From an uncultured Lachnospiraceae bacterium (GTDB lineage Bacteria; Bacillota; Clostridia; Lachnospirales; Lachnospiraceae), in the NCBI GenBank assembly GCA_905235275.1, contig CAJOLA010000002.1, forward strand, positions 2,033 to 66,032: 64,000 nucleotides of DNA, in the 5' to 3' direction. The translations under genes were made by a program, and so were the position numbers. Shown piece after piece: positions 1 through 10,271 of this stretch (position 1 is the first letter of the stretch; each line of letters begins with the position of its first letter). The notes under the pieces were generated by a model that was not told the origin of the DNA, searched no databases, and saw only the letters and a program-made list of their open reading frames with translations.

Positions 1-506
1 CGGCTATCGGTAACATAGCACAGTTCCTTCCGATGGCCGTTGCGGACGGATCCGACATGGATGCCAGAACCAAGATGGCGTTTGCAAGCACGATGAGCGG
101 TTATTCGATGGAGCTTGGAAGCTGCACGAGCGAGCATGCGCTTGAACATGCGCTGTCGGGACATTATCCGGAGATTCCGCACGGTGCGGGACTTATCATG
201 ATTTCGGACGCATATTTTAAATATTTCATTGAGAGACATGTCTGCGATGACAGATTTATGGAAATGGCAATGAATATCGGAGTCCTTACGCCTGTCGATC
301 CGATGGATTTCCTTTACGGATTGCGTGATCTGAAAGAAAAATGCGGAGTGGCAGACATTAAGATGAGCGATTACGGTGTCTCTCCGGAGGATTTTCCGAC
401 GCTCGCCAAGGAAGCAAGATCCACAATGGGATTGCTTTTTGATTGCGATATGTACGATATCCCTGAAGAAGACGTAATTAAGATATATGAGGATTCATAC
501 GAATAA
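1..506 (+). CDS. iron-containing (group III) alcohol dehydrogenase, C-terminal fragment (5' end lies outside the window)
   Basis: The frame is open to the window edge. The translation has the metal-binding His cluster HALEHALSGHYPEIPHGAGL typical of Fe-ADH (BdhA/YqhD-like) enzymes. Confidence 0.7.
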   Translation, partial: AIGNIAQFLPMAVADGSDMDARTKMAFASTMSGYSMELGSCTSEHALEHALSGHYPEIPHGAGLIMISDAYFKYFIERHVCDDRFMEMAMNIGVLTPVDPMDFLYGLRDLKEKCGVADIKMSDYGVSPEDFPTLAKEARSTMGLLFDCDMYDIPEEDVIKIYEDSYE

Positions 507-520
507 AAGGGAGAGAAGCT

Positions 521-1123
521 ATGAAAACGTTTGCTAAGATTAAAAATGCAGTAATGGTCGGCGCCGTTGTTGCCGTGTCATGCGTGACGCTTACTGCCTG
601 TTCCGGAAGCGGGGAAGGAAGCGAGGCCCTTTCCAAGTATGAGAAGGCCGACTTAAGCGGATATGAGGGCATGAAGGACTACAATAAAGAAATCATGCTG
701 GTTGATATGACCGTGGATGACATTAAAAAAGAAGTGGATAAAAATGGCACATTTGCATTTGTTGCTTCTTATTCCACATGTCCGTACTGTAACGTAATCA
801 TGCCCTTTCTGAATGATTATGCCATTCAGGAAAATACAAAAGTCGGATATCTTGATACCAGAAAGAATCCCGAGTGGAAAAATAACATGGAAATTGACGG
901 ATATGATACATTCCTGGTGATGTTCGGCAATTACCTCCGTTTGGATGAGAACGAAAAAAGACACCTTTACGTGCCGCATATGTTCTTCATAAAAAACGGT
1001 AAGGTCGTATATAACTTCCAGGGAGTATCCGAATTACTGGAGAATGAAGATTCCACGGTAACGGATGAGATTGCGGAAGATATTAAGTTAAAAATTAAAG
1101 AAGGCTTTGATGAATTAAAGTAA
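521..1123 (+). CDS. thioredoxin-fold lipoprotein (CPYC redox motif)
   Basis: N-terminal signal peptide with lipobox LTAC, followed by an STCPYC CxxC motif in a roughly 170-aa domain. A GGGAGAG RBS lies upstream. Confidence 0.55.
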   Translation: MKTFAKIKNAVMVGAVVAVSCVTLTACSGSGEGSEALSKYEKADLSGYEGMKDYNKEIMLVDMTVDDIKKEVDKNGTFAFVASYSTCPYCNVIMPFLNDYAIQENTKVGYLDTRKNPEWKNNMEIDGYDTFLVMFGNYLRLDENEKRHLYVPHMFFIKNGKVVYNFQGVSELLENEDSTVTDEIAEDIKLKIKEGFDELK

Positions 1124-1124
1124 A

Positions 1125-1673
1125 ATGACCGAGAGTTCACTGAAAAAGAACAAAAAAAATGCCCCCAAAGGGGCGGATTCGAAAGAGATCGCCATGTGCG
1201 GTCTTTTTATTGCGGTCGCTTTGATATTCTCTTATATTGAAAGCATTTTGCCTATACCTATGCCGGTACCGGGATTTAAGATAGGTATTGCCAATATTGC
1301 GATAATATCTGTCCTTTACATGTACGGCGCGAAGCAGGCACTGATAGTAAATATAATCAGGATAGTGCTTGCGTCACTGCTTTTCGGGCACGGTAACGTG
1401 CAGCAGTTCTTTTTCAGCCTGGCAGGCGGAATGGCAAGTCTTGGCATCATGACATTACTTAAGAAAACGGATAAGTTTTCAATTATTGCCGTAAGTGCGG
1501 TAGGCGGAGTAGTGCATAATATCGCTCAGGTACTCATTGCCATGATGATTCTTACAACCGCTTCGATAGGGTATCTCATCCCAATCTTTGTGATTATAGG
1601 AGTCGTGACGGGGATAGTTTGCGGAATAATCGCAAAAATTTTCCTGCGTCACGTCGCAAGAGGCGAGGGCTGA
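1125..1673 (+). CDS. Gx transporter family membrane protein (heptaprenyl-diphosphate-synthase-component-I-like fold)
   Basis: About 5 TM helices. The SYIESILPIPMPVPGFKIGIANI motif is recalled from the Hpre_diP_synt_I/Gx family. The start lies 1 nt after the upstream stop. Confidence 0.55.
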   Translation: MTESSLKKNKKNAPKGADSKEIAMCGLFIAVALIFSYIESILPIPMPVPGFKIGIANIAIISVLYMYGAKQALIVNIIRIVLASLLFGHGNVQQFFFSLAGGMASLGIMTLLKKTDKFSIIAVSAVGGVVHNIAQVLIAMMILTTASIGYLIPIFVIIGVVTGIVCGIIAKIFLRHVARGEG

Positions 1674-1684
1674 AAGAAAACGGT

Positions 1685-2380
1685 TTAAACCCCTTCGTAT
1701 TCATCGCCTCTGCGAAGTCTCGGGCAGATGCGCAGATAGTAGATTGCGATAATTACGTCAAATAACGTAAGCATAAGCATTACGGGTATCTGATGCATGT
1801 TCATCGTAAGAACGGCACCGACAAAGGCTCCCGTAACAAAAACAACTATAAAAAGAATTCGCATCCCGATGGAAGCACCGTAACTTTTAAGTATGGAGTG
1901 CTTATTGGGGTGTTTTTTCTTTAGGGACTCCTTGCAGATTCTTCCAAGCTCGACGCCGACATCTGTCGCCACTCCCGACATATGGCTGACACGCAGCTTA
2001 AACTGTGACAGGAAACCGTTTTGGAATCCCGCAAACAATGAGCAGAAGATTACGAACATATAAGAACCGCCGAAAACGATTGTGAATATAAAAAGAAGCG
2101 AAGCTCCGATGATATATCCGATTCCGAAATTGCGGGTAAAGTTACCGTCGCCTCGGGGATTAATAAATGATGAGACGGCAACACCGACTATGAAGGCCGA
2201 TACGATACCAATGAGTGAGAAGAACATCCCCCAGTTTCCCTCAAGCATATTTACGGGGATACGCGTAAGGCTTCCCGTGATATGAGTGGCGCTGAAGGGG
2301 GCGTATTTGAGTATTATCTCAACATTCAGCCATCCGCAGGCAAATGTTGCAAGATAGCCGAATACTACAAACGAGTTCAC
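1685..2380 (-). CDS. YoaK/DUF1275 family membrane protein
   Basis: Polytopic protein with duplicated motifs THITGSLTR and SHMSGVATDVGVELGR, resembling the YoaK family. Confidence 0.5.
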   Translation of the reverse strand: MNSFVVFGYLATFACGWLNVEIILKYAPFSATHITGSLTRIPVNMLEGNWGMFFSLIGIVSAFIVGVAVSSFINPRGDGNFTRNFGIGYIIGASLLFIFTIVFGGSYMFVIFCSLFAGFQNGFLSQFKLRVSHMSGVATDVGVELGRICKESLKKKHPNKHSILKSYGASIGMRILFIVVFVTGAFVGAVLTMNMHQIPVMLMLTLFDVIIAIYYLRICPRLRRGDEYEGV

Positions 2381-2501
2381 GATATATTTCCTTTCGATAA
2401 ATAAAACGCAAAGTATCCGGTATGAATCACTACACCGGATACTTTTTTAAGATTATGAATTAAGAGTATAGTCTTTTTGAAAATATTTTGCAAATAAATT
2501 T

Positions 2502-3299
2502 TTAGGTTGCAATCTGTATGATGAATATAATACTCGGAATGAGGATAATAATGGTCGTAATAACCATGTATCTCCGCAGCCTCCGCCATCGTGCCTCGGA
2601 AATCTCTCCGGTTTTCGGGATCTTTAAAATGCTTAGGATAACCGAAGAAGATATGAAAATGAAATATGCATTTACCAGGAAAAGGTAAGCGGCGCCCGAT
2701 AACATCTGCCAGTTGGCATTAGCTATTGAATACCCGCATGTGCACAAAGGCGGCATGAGAGCGGTAGCGATTGCGACGCCGGGTATTATGTTATTTGCCT
2801 TATCGGATCTCGTCTGACCGATAATTCCCGCAAATCCTCCGAAGGTAGCGATAAGCACATCAAAAAACGTCGGATTCGTTCTTGCAAGAAGCTCACCCGT
2901 CGGTTCCTTGATGGGAGAGAGCAAAAAGAAGATGGTGGAAGCGCCGACGCTTATTATTATCTGCATCGCAAATCCCAACAGATGCCTTCTGGCCAAAAGT
3001 AAGTTGGCGGATTCAACGCAGAACGCAGTCGCAAGAATCGTTCCCATGATTGGAGAAATAAGCATGGCTCCGATAATGACGGCTGTAGAGCCCGTATTAA
3101 GACCGATGGATGCAATCATGATTGCGCACAGCATGACGAGCATGTTCGTACCGGTTATCTTGCCTCCCGCAAGAAGTCGGTTTTTTATCTCATCATGCGT
3201 GGCAACGTCCTCGTGAAGGGAAAAGGTGCGTTGCAAAATGTTTTTAAAGGAATCCTTTTCTTCTATATTATTACTGTCTTTGTTGTCTTCTGAATTCAT
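2502..3299 (-). CDS. DUF389 domain membrane protein
   Basis: Polar N-terminus followed by TM helices with the motif GSTAVIIGAMLISPIMG, characteristic of DUF389/TIGR00341 proteins. Confidence 0.55.
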   Translation of the reverse strand: MNSEDNKDSNNIEEKDSFKNILQRTFSLHEDVATHDEIKNRLLAGGKITGTNMLVMLCAIMIASIGLNTGSTAVIIGAMLISPIMGTILATAFCVESANLLLARRHLLGFAMQIIISVGASTIFFLLSPIKEPTGELLARTNPTFFDVLIATFGGFAGIIGQTRSDKANNIIPGVAIATALMPPLCTCGYSIANANWQMLSGAAYLFLVNAYFIFISSSVILSILKIPKTGEISEARWRRLRRYMVITTIIILIPSIIFIIQIAT

Positions 3300-3360
3300 G
3301 AGTAGAATTATACCACATGCAAGGGGATAAATTGTACTAAAAAAAGAACAATTTATTTTC

Positions 3361-3389
3361 TTGCCTGAGTATGTATATTCATGTATACT
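3361..3389 (+). promoter_or_regulatory. candidate sigma-A promoter of the S10 operon (TTGCCT-17-TATACT)
   Basis: TTGCCT at 3361-3366, a 17-nt spacer and TATACT at 3384-3389. It sits about 245 nt upstream of rpsJ. Confidence 0.4.
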
Positions 3390-3635
3390 ATTGAGGCTGT
3401 GACATTGATAGCTGTGAAGCGTGAGGTTGCTTGCAAATGCGTAAGTACATGCCTTTGCGAGGTTTTCCGTGGAGCGAATGTCAGTGAATCCGACGACAAG
3501 TCACTGTACGAATCATCTGTAATATAACAGAAATGACACGTTGTTTTGTAGAGAATTTATGAAACACGTGGGAGTGTGTACAGTCACCGCTTGTCGTACT
3601 TACAACAAAAGTGCGAATAGGAGGCGACTTTTTTT

Positions 3636-3950
3636 ATGGCAAATCAGAAAATCAGAATCACATTGAAAGCTTATGATCATCAGTTAATTGATCAGTCGGC
3701 TAAGAAGATTATCGAGACTGCGACAAAGACCGGCGCAGAGGTAAGCGGACCGGTACCTCTTCCTACTAAGAAGGAAGTAGTTACCATCCTCAGAGCCGTA
3801 CATAAGTATAAGGACTCAAGAGAGCAGTTCGAGCAGAGAACTCACAAGAGACTTATCGATGTACTTTCTTCATCACAGAAGACGATGGATGCTTTATCCA
3901 AGATCGATATGCCTGCCGGCGTTGATATCAGTCTTAAGCTGATGAGATAA
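3636..3950 (+). CDS. rpsJ: 30S ribosomal protein S10
   Basis: The translation [15 protein letters not shown]...RTHKRLIDV is canonical S10. It is the first gene of the S10 operon, with a GGAGG RBS. Confidence 0.97.
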   Translation: MANQKIRITLKAYDHQLIDQSAKKIIETATKTGAEVSGPVPLPTKKEVVTILRAVHKYKDSREQFEQRTHKRLIDVLSSSQKTMDALSKIDMPAGVDISLKLMR

Positions 3951-4066
3951 GAACTTTCAAATCTATTACGAAAGAAACCGACGGACTTTTTACTATTATA
4001 TAGAATCATATGCGTCCGAGTTTTTTTCCTCTTTTAGAAAAACATTTAAAATTTAAGGAGATAATC

Positions 4067-4702
4067 ATGAAGAAAGCAATTTTAGCTACAAAAGTCGGAA
4101 TGACTCAGATCTTCAGTGAAGACGGTACTATTACACCGGTAACTGTACTTCAGGCCGGACCTTGTGTTGTTACACAAGTAAAGACGGTTGAGAACGACGG
4201 TTACAGTGCCGTACAGGTTGGTTTTATGGACATCAGGGAAAAGCTGGTGAACAAGCCCGTTAAAGGACAGTTTGATAAAGCAGGACTTCCTTACAAGAGA
4301 TTTATCAAGGAGTTCAAGCTTGATAATGCTGAAGAGTATTCGGTAAAAGATGAGATAACAGTTGATGTATTCGCTGTTGGAGATAAGATTGACGCTACGG
4401 CCATTTCCAAAGGAAAAGGTTACCAGGGCGCAATCAAGAGACACGGTCAGTCAAGAGGACCTATGGGACACGGTTCCAAGTTCCACAGACACCAGGGCTC
4501 TAACGGTATGGCAGCTACACCAAGCCGCGTACCGAAGGGCAAAGGAATGCCGGGTCACATGGGTAGTGTTAAGAGAACGGTTCAGAACCTTGAAATCATT
4601 CAGGTTGATACAGAGAACGGACTTCTCCTTGTAAAGGGTTCCGTTCCCGGACCGAAGAAGACACTCGTAACTATTAAAGAGTCAGTTAAGAGTGCTGATT
4701 GA
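4067..4702 (+). CDS. rplC: 50S ribosomal protein L3
   Basis: [16 protein letters not shown] is a canonical L3 N-terminus. ATG at 4067 is preceded by AAGGAG, so the ORF-track start at 4010 is rejected. Confidence 0.95.
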   Translation: MKKAILATKVGMTQIFSEDGTITPVTVLQAGPCVVTQVKTVENDGYSAVQVGFMDIREKLVNKPVKGQFDKAGLPYKRFIKEFKLDNAEEYSVKDEITVDVFAVGDKIDATAISKGKGYQGAIKRHGQSRGPMGHGSKFHRHQGSNGMAATPSRVPKGKGMPGHMGSVKRTVQNLEIIQVDTENGLLLVKGSVPGPKKTLVTIKESVKSAD

Positions 4703-4727
4703 TTAAGCGAAGGAAGGAGGATATAAA

Positions 4728-5348
4728 ATGGCTAACGTATCTGTTTACAATATGAAGGGAGCCGAGGTAGGCTCTTTGGAATTAAGTGATGCGGTGTTTG
4801 GAGCAGACATTAAAGAGCAGCTCGTACACCAGGCTGTTGTTACCTACCTCGCTAATCAGCGTCAGGGAACACAGAGCGCGTTAACACGTTCAGAAGTTTC
4901 CGGAGGCGGAAAGAAGCCTTGGAGACAGAAAGGAACAGGTAACGCAAGACAGGGATCCATCAGAAGCCCGCAGTGGACAGGCGGCGGTATCGTATTCGCG
5001 CCGAAGCCACGCGACTATTCCAAGAAGATGAACAAGAAGGAAAGACGTGCAGCTCTTTTCTCAGTTCTTACTGATAAGGTGAATAATGATAACCTCATCG
5101 CGCTTGACGAGATGAAGTTTGATGAGATTAAGACAAAGAATTTCGTTGAGGTGTTGAACAACCTTAAGGCAGAGGATGCGCTTGTAATTCTCAGTGAGAG
5201 TGATAAGAACGTAATCCTTTCAGGACGTAATATTCCTTCAGTTAAGGTTATTACAACTGACAGCATTAACACCTACGACGTTCTTAAGTATAAGAAGCTG
5301 ATTGCTACGCAGGATGCTCTTAAGAAGATTGAGGAGGTATATGCGTAA
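4728..5348 (+). CDS. rplD: 50S ribosomal protein L4
   Basis: Conserved L4 translation (KKPWRQKGTGNARQGS) and operon position. Confidence 0.96.
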   Translation: MANVSVYNMKGAEVGSLELSDAVFGADIKEQLVHQAVVTYLANQRQGTQSALTRSEVSGGGKKPWRQKGTGNARQGSIRSPQWTGGGIVFAPKPRDYSKKMNKKERRAALFSVLTDKVNNDNLIALDEMKFDEIKTKNFVEVLNNLKAEDALVILSESDKNVILSGRNIPSVKVITTDSINTYDVLKYKKLIATQDALKKIEEVYA

Positions 5349-5647
5349 TGGCTAATGTTCAATATTATGACGTAATTTTCAAGCCTGTTATCACGGAACA
5401 GTCTATGAATGATATGGCTGATAAGGTTTATACATTCTATGTACATCCGGAAGCTAACAAGGTAATGATCAGAGAAGCCGTTGAGAAGATGTTCGACGGC
5501 GTAAAGGTAGCCAAGGTGCGTACACTTAACCTCGGCGGTAAGAAGAAAAGAAGAGGTTATATCTACGGCATGACTGCCAACAAGAAAAAGGCAATCGTAC
5601 AGCTTACCGAAGACAGCAAAGATATCGAACTCTTTGAAGGACTTTAA
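5348..5647 (+). CDS. rplW: 50S ribosomal protein L23
   Basis: Conserved L23 translation. The ATG overlaps the rplD TAA stop (TAATG). Confidence 0.95.
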   Translation: MANVQYYDVIFKPVITEQSMNDMADKVYTFYVHPEANKVMIREAVEKMFDGVKVAKVRTLNLGGKKKRRGYIYGMTANKKKAIVQLTEDSKDIELFEGL

Positions 5648-5694
5648 TTATAAGATAAACGCAGAAAACAATATTGCGTGAAAGGAGAACCCTG

Positions 5695-6537
5695 ATGGGA
5701 ATTAAGACATATAATCCGTATACGCCTTCAAGAAGGCATATGACAGGATCTGATTTTTCAGAGATTACAAAGAAGACTCCTGAGAAGTCACTTTTAAAGC
5801 CGCAAAAGAAACATTCCGGACGTAATAACCAGGGAAAGATAACGGTTAGACATCGCGGAGGCGGTAACAGACAAAAATACAGAATCATAGATTTTCAGCG
5901 TAAGAAAGACGGAATCAGCGCAAAGGTTATCGGTATCGAATACGATCCGAACAGAACATCCAATATTGCGCTTATCTGTTACGAGGACGGAGTTAAGTCC
6001 TATATACTTGCTCCTAAGGGACTTACGGACGGCATGACGGTTATGAGCGGTCCTGACGCAGAGATCAGCGTCGGTAACTGCCTTCCGCTTGAGAATATCC
6101 CCGTAGGTACGGAGATCCATAACATTGAGCTTTATCCGGGACGCGGAGGACAGCTTGTTCGTTCCGCAGGACTCAAAGCACAGCTTATGGCTAAAGAAGG
6201 AAAGTATGCAACACTTCGTCTTCCTTCAGGAGAGATGAGAATGGTTCTTGCTACCTGCCGAGCTACTATCGGTGAGGTTGGTAACGGCGACCACAGCCTT
6301 ATTAACATCGGTAAGGCGGGACGTAAAAGACACATGGGATTCAGACCTACTGTTCGCGGTTCTGTTATGAACCCTAACGATCATCCGCACGGTGGTGGTG
6401 AAGGACGTGCACCTATCGGTCGTCCAAGCCCGATGACCCCTTGGGGTAAACCGGCAATGGGACTTAAGACACGTAAGAAGAATAAGAAGTCCAATAAGAT
6501 GATTGTAAGAAGAAGAGACGGAAAATCATTTAAATAA
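5695..6537 (+). CDS. rplB: 50S ribosomal protein L2
   Basis: [14 protein letters not shown] is a canonical L2 start and the GHPHGGGEG motif is present. The internal ATG at 5695 was chosen over the ORF-track start at 5674. Confidence 0.96.
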   Translation: MGIKTYNPYTPSRRHMTGSDFSEITKKTPEKSLLKPQKKHSGRNNQGKITVRHRGGGNRQKYRIIDFQRKKDGISAKVIGIEYDPNRTSNIALICYEDGVKSYILAPKGLTDGMTVMSGPDAEISVGNCLPLENIPVGTEIHNIELYPGRGGQLVRSAGLKAQLMAKEGKYATLRLPSGEMRMVLATCRATIGEVGNGDHSLINIGKAGRKRHMGFRPTVRGSVMNPNDHPHGGGEGRAPIGRPSPMTPWGKPAMGLKTRKKNKKSNKMIVRRRDGKSFK

Positions 6538-6555
6538 TATAGGAGGTTAGATACC

Positions 6556-6831
6556 ATGGCTCGTTCACTTAAAAAAGGACCTTTTGCCGATGAGAGCTTG
6601 CTTAAAAAAGTAGACGCTATGAACGAATCGGGAAATAAGCAGGTTATTAAGACATGGTCACGTCGTTCCACAATATTCCCGCAGATGGTTGGACATACAA
6701 TCGCGGTACATGACGGAAGAAAGCACGTGCCTGTTTACATTACTGAAGATATGGTCGGACACAAGCTCGGTGAGTTTGTTGCAACAAGAACATATCGTGG
6801 ACACGGAAAAGACGAGAAGAAGTCTGTTTAA
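6556..6831 (+). CDS. rpsS: 30S ribosomal protein S19
   Basis: [10 protein letters not shown]...HDGRKHVPV is canonical S19. Confidence 0.97.
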   Translation: MARSLKKGPFADESLLKKVDAMNESGNKQVIKTWSRRSTIFPQMVGHTIAVHDGRKHVPVYITEDMVGHKLGEFVATRTYRGHGKDEKKSV

Positions 6832-6859
6832 TTGTATTGCGAAAGGAGGTATATCCATT

Positions 6860-7246
6860 ATGGCCAAAGGACATAGATCACAAATTAAAGCGGAGAGAAA
6901 TGCTGTTATGGATACGAGACCAAGCGCGAAGCTTTCATACGCAAGGGTTTCAGTTCAGAAAGCCTGCTTCGTACTTGATGCTATCAGAGGAAAGGATGTT
7001 GAAGAGGCACTTGCCATCGTAAGATATAATCCGAGATACGTATCAAAGCTTGTAGAGAAGTTGATCCGTTCAGCAATTGCCAACGCTGAGAATAACAACG
7101 GTATGGATATTAATAATTTATACATTGAGGAGTGCTACGCTAACAAGGGACCTACAATGAAGAGAGTTCGCCCGAGAGCACAGGGAAGAGCGTACAGAAT
7201 TGAAAAGCGCACAAGTCACATAACTGTAGTGCTTAACGAAAGATAA
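6860..7246 (+). CDS. rplV: 50S ribosomal protein L22
   Basis: L22 translation starts at MAKGHRSQIKAERN. A GAAAGGAGG RBS lies at 6841-6849 and ATG at 6860. Confidence 0.93.
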   Translation: MAKGHRSQIKAERNAVMDTRPSAKLSYARVSVQKACFVLDAIRGKDVEEALAIVRYNPRYVSKLVEKLIRSAIANAENNNGMDINNLYIEECYANKGPTMKRVRPRAQGRAYRIEKRTSHITVVLNER

Positions 7247-7262
7247 TCGAAAGGAGAAATAA

Positions 7263-7934
7263 ATGGGACAGAAGGTTAATCCTCACGGTTTAAGAGTCGG
7301 CATCATCAAAGACTGGGATTCCAAATGGTATGCTGACAAGAATTTCGCTGACGCTCTTGTAGAAGATTACAATATTAGAAAATACCTCAAGAAAGAGACA
7401 TATGCTGCAGGAGTTTCTAAGATTGAGATAGAGCGTGCATCAGAAAGATTAAAGATTACACTTCACACCGGTAAGCCGGGTATGGTTATCGGACAGGGCG
7501 GTAAGAACATCGACGAGCTTAAGAAGAAGGTTGAGAAGCTTACAGACGCTAAGAAGATAACTATTGACGTAAAAGAGATTAAGAAGGTTGACAGAGACGC
7601 ACAGCTTGTTGCCGAGAACATCGCTAAGCAGCTCGAAGAGCGTGTATCATTCAGACGTGCGATGAAGTCTTGTATGTCAAGAACAATGAAGAGCGGTGCC
7701 AAGGGAATCAAGGCAAGCTGTTCAGGACGTCTCGGCGGTGCGGATATGGCACGTACGGAGTTCTACAGCGAGGGAACAATTCCTCTTCAGACACTTCGTG
7801 CCGATATTGATTACGGATTCGCTGAAGCGGATACTACATACGGTAAAGTCGGAGTTAAGGTTTGGATCTATAACGGAGAAGTTCTTCCTGCCAAGACACA
7901 GGCTGAGCCTAAAAACGAAGGGGGCGAGCAGTAA
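7263..7934 (+). CDS. rpsC: 30S ribosomal protein S3
   Basis: [13 protein letters not shown] is canonical S3, with KH domain motifs. Confidence 0.97.
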   Translation: MGQKVNPHGLRVGIIKDWDSKWYADKNFADALVEDYNIRKYLKKETYAAGVSKIEIERASERLKITLHTGKPGMVIGQGGKNIDELKKKVEKLTDAKKITIDVKEIKKVDRDAQLVAENIAKQLEERVSFRRAMKSCMSRTMKSGAKGIKASCSGRLGGADMARTEFYSEGTIPLQTLRADIDYGFAEADTTYGKVGVKVWIYNGEVLPAKTQAEPKNEGGEQ

Positions 7935-8497
7935 TGTTATTACCTAAGAGAGTAAAACACAGAAAGCAGTTCCGTGGTTCAATGGCCGGTAAGGCTACTC
8001 GCGGTAACAAGGTTACTAACGGAGACTTCGGTCTTATGGCTGTAGAGCCATGTTGGATCAGATCCAATCAGATAGAGGCTGCCCGTATCGCCATGACACG
8101 TTATATCAAGCGTGGCGGTGATGTATATATTAAGATTTTCCCTGACAAGCCCGTAACCGGAAAGCCTATCGGTGTTCGTATGGGTAAAGGAAAGGGTAAC
8201 GTAGAGTATTGGGCGGCTGTTGTTAAGACAGGTCGTGTAATGTTTGAGATCGGCGGTGTGACTGAAGATGTTGCAAAAGAAGCGCTCAGACTTGCAATGC
8301 ATAAATTACCTTGCAAATGTAAGATAGTAGCCCGCGAGGGAGTAGAGAACGAGGATCTTGAGGCTAAGGCTAAAGAAAGAGCTCAGGCAAGAGCCAAGAA
8401 GAGAGCCAAGACAGATGAAGAAGCACCTCAGAGCGCTCCTGAAGAGGCTGTTAGCGCAGGCGCTGAGAATGAAGGCGGTGATAACAGTGAAAATTGA
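7934..8497 (+). CDS. rplP: 50S ribosomal protein L16, with an unusual roughly 40-aa charged insertion in the C-terminal tail
   Basis: [15 protein letters not shown] is canonical L16. It is 187 aa, against about 140-146 aa in typical bacteria (see findings). Confidence 0.93.
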   Translation: MLLPKRVKHRKQFRGSMAGKATRGNKVTNGDFGLMAVEPCWIRSNQIEAARIAMTRYIKRGGDVYIKIFPDKPVTGKPIGVRMGKGKGNVEYWAAVVKTGRVMFEIGGVTEDVAKEALRLAMHKLPCKCKIVAREGVENEDLEAKAKERAQARAKKRAKTDEEAPQSAPEEAVSAGAENEGGDNSEN

Positions 8498-8693
8498 TAC
8501 ATATTTGGAAGATTTGAGAAAGAAGACGGCTGATGAGCTGTCAACGGAATTAGTAGCTGCTAAAAAGGAACTTTTCAACCTGAGATTCCAGAATGCGACA
8601 AATCAGCTTGATAATACGGGAAGAATTAAGACGGTAAAGAGAAATATCGCAAGAATTCAGACTGTTATCGTTGAGAAAAAGGCTGAAGGCTGA
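8487..8693 (+). CDS. rpmC: 50S ribosomal protein L29
   Basis: The [16 protein letters not shown] motif is present. A GTG start at 8487 gives a typical 68-aa L29 and overlaps the rplP stop. An alternative ATG lies at 8469. Confidence 0.85.
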   Translation: MKIDTYLEDLRKKTADELSTELVAAKKELFNLRFQNATNQLDNTGRIKTVKRNIARIQTVIVEKKAEG

Positions 8694-8719
8694 TGAGCTT
8701 TATGAAAGGAGAAAAAGAC

Positions 8720-8974
8720 GTGGAAAGAAATTTAAGAAAGACACGTACGGGCAGAGTGGTATCCGATAAGATGGATAAGACCATTGTTGTGGCCGTAGAA
8801 GATAATGTAAAACATCCGTTATACAACAAGATCGTCAAAAGAACCTATAAGCTTAAAGCTCATGACGAGGAGAATTCCTGTCAGGTTGGAGATGTTGTAA
8901 AAGTGATGGAGACCAGACCGCTTTCAAAGGATAAGAGATGGCGTTTGGTTGAGGTAATCAGCAAAGCTCAGTAA
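8720..8974 (+). CDS. rpsQ: 30S ribosomal protein S17
   Basis: [20 protein letters not shown] is canonical S17. The GTG at 8720 lies 8 nt after the AAAGGAG RBS. The ORF-track start at 8693 is an alternative. Confidence 0.88.
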   Translation: MERNLRKTRTGRVVSDKMDKTIVVAVEDNVKHPLYNKIVKRTYKLKAHDEENSCQVGDVVKVMETRPLSKDKRWRLVEVISKAQ

Positions 8975-9004
8975 TTTATTAGAAACTTATGAAAGGGGTA
9001 TATC

Positions 9005-9373
9005 ATGATACAGCAGGAAAGCAGACTTAAGGTTGCTGATAATACAGGCGCCAAAGAAATCCTTTGCATTCGTGTTATGGGCGGTTCACGCAGAAGATAT
9101 GCCGGGATTGGCGATATCATAGTTGCTACTGTCAAAGAAGCAACACCAGGCGGCGTTGTTAAAAAAGGTGACGTTGTAAAAGCAGTTGTTGTTCGTACCG
9201 TTAACAAGACTCGTCGTCAGGACGGCTCATATATCAGATTTGATGAGAACGCGGCAGTTATTATAAAAGATGACAAGACTCCGGTAGGAACCCGTATTTT
9301 TGGACCGGTAGCCAGAGAATTAAGAAACGGACACTTCATGAAGATCGTTTCACTGGCTCCGGAGGTATTATAA
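9005..9373 (+). CDS. rplN: 50S ribosomal protein L14
   Basis: [17 protein letters not shown] is canonical L14. Confidence 0.97.
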   Translation: MIQQESRLKVADNTGAKEILCIRVMGGSRRRYAGIGDIIVATVKEATPGGVVKKGDVVKAVVVRTVNKTRRQDGSYIRFDENAAVIIKDDKTPVGTRIFGPVARELRNGHFMKIVSLAPEVL

Positions 9374-9386
9374 GGAGGTGTCGGAA

Positions 9387-9698
9387 GTGTCAGCGTTAAA
9401 GATAAAGAAGGGTGATACCGTTAAGGTAATCGCCGGAAAAGATAAAGGTAAAGAAGGTAAGGTTTTACTTCTTGATCCCAAGAGCTCACGTGTAATCGTT
9501 GAGGGAATCAATATGGTTAAGAAGCATTCCAAGCCTACAACAGCTAATCAGAAGGGCGGAATCATTTCAAAAGAAGCGCCTATTCATATATCCAACGTTG
9601 CTCTCGTTGTTAACGGAGAGACAACAAAAGTAGGATTTGAAGTAAAAGACGGTAAAAAAGTTCGCATAGCCAAGAAAACAGGCGAAGAGATTAAATAA
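9387..9698 (+). CDS. rplX: 50S ribosomal protein L24
   Basis: KOW motif [20 protein letters not shown]. The GTG at 9387 lies 8 nt after AAGGAGG. The GTG at 9378 overlaps the RBS and is less likely. Confidence 0.9.
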   Translation: MSALKIKKGDTVKVIAGKDKGKEGKVLLLDPKSSRVIVEGINMVKKHSKPTTANQKGGIISKEAPIHISNVALVVNGETTKVGFEVKDGKKVRIAKKTGEEIK

Positions 9699-9719
9699 TC
9701 AGGGAAGGAGGTTAAAAAA

Positions 9720-10259
9720 TTGAGCAGATTAAGAGAGTTATATGACAATGAGATAACTAAGCAGATGACAGAGAAGTTTGGATATAAGAATCAGTTAATG
9801 GTTCCCAAGCTTGATAAGATCGTTATCAACATGGCTATCGGTGAAGCAAAGGAGAATTCAAAGATCCTTGACACTGCGATGGAGGAACTTGCCATTATCA
9901 CAGGTCAGAAGCCGGTACTTACAAGAGCCAAGAATTCCATAGCTAACTTCAAACTCAGAGAAGGAATGCCAATCGGTTGTAAAGTAACACTTCGCGGTGA
10001 GAAAATGTACGACTTCCTTGACAGACTTGTTAACCTCGCCCTTCCTCGAGTTCGTGACTTCAGAGGTGTAAGCCCTGATTCATTTGACGGAAGAGGAAAT
10101 TATGCGATAGGTATTAAAGAACAGCTTATTTTCCCTGAGATCGAATATGATAAGATCGATAAAGTCAGAGGTATGGATGTTATCATCACAACTACGGCAA
10201 AGACAGATGAAGAGGCACGCGAATTACTCAGATTTTTCAATATGCCTTTCAAGAAATAA
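9720..10259 (+). CDS. rplE: 50S ribosomal protein L5
   Basis: Conserved L5 translation. TTG start at 9720 after a GGAAGGAGG RBS. Confidence 0.95.
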   Translation: MSRLRELYDNEITKQMTEKFGYKNQLMVPKLDKIVINMAIGEAKENSKILDTAMEELAIITGQKPVLTRAKNSIANFKLREGMPIGCKVTLRGEKMYDFLDRLVNLALPRVRDFRGVSPDSFDGRGNYAIGIKEQLIFPEIEYDKIDKVRGMDVIITTTAKTDEEARELLRFFNMPFKK

Positions 10260-10271
10260 TGGAGGAGATTT

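Noticed and set aside
3951-4066. A 116-nt rpsJ-rplC spacer containing CGGAC...GTCCG followed by a T7 run. Could this be an internal attenuator?
   Set aside because: The stem is only 5-6 bp with a loop of about 27 nt. That is too weak to call a terminator from sequence alone. The ORF-track extension of rplC into this region (start 4010) is also rejected in favour of ATG 4067.
7934-8497. The long L16 ORF as a fusion, or as read-through caused by a sequencing error.
   Set aside because: The extension ends with EGGDNSEN, which resembles the normal Firmicute L16 C-terminus. The downstream rpmC start overlaps the stop in the usual way. An in-frame insertion is more parsimonious, so it is kept as a finding rather than an error.
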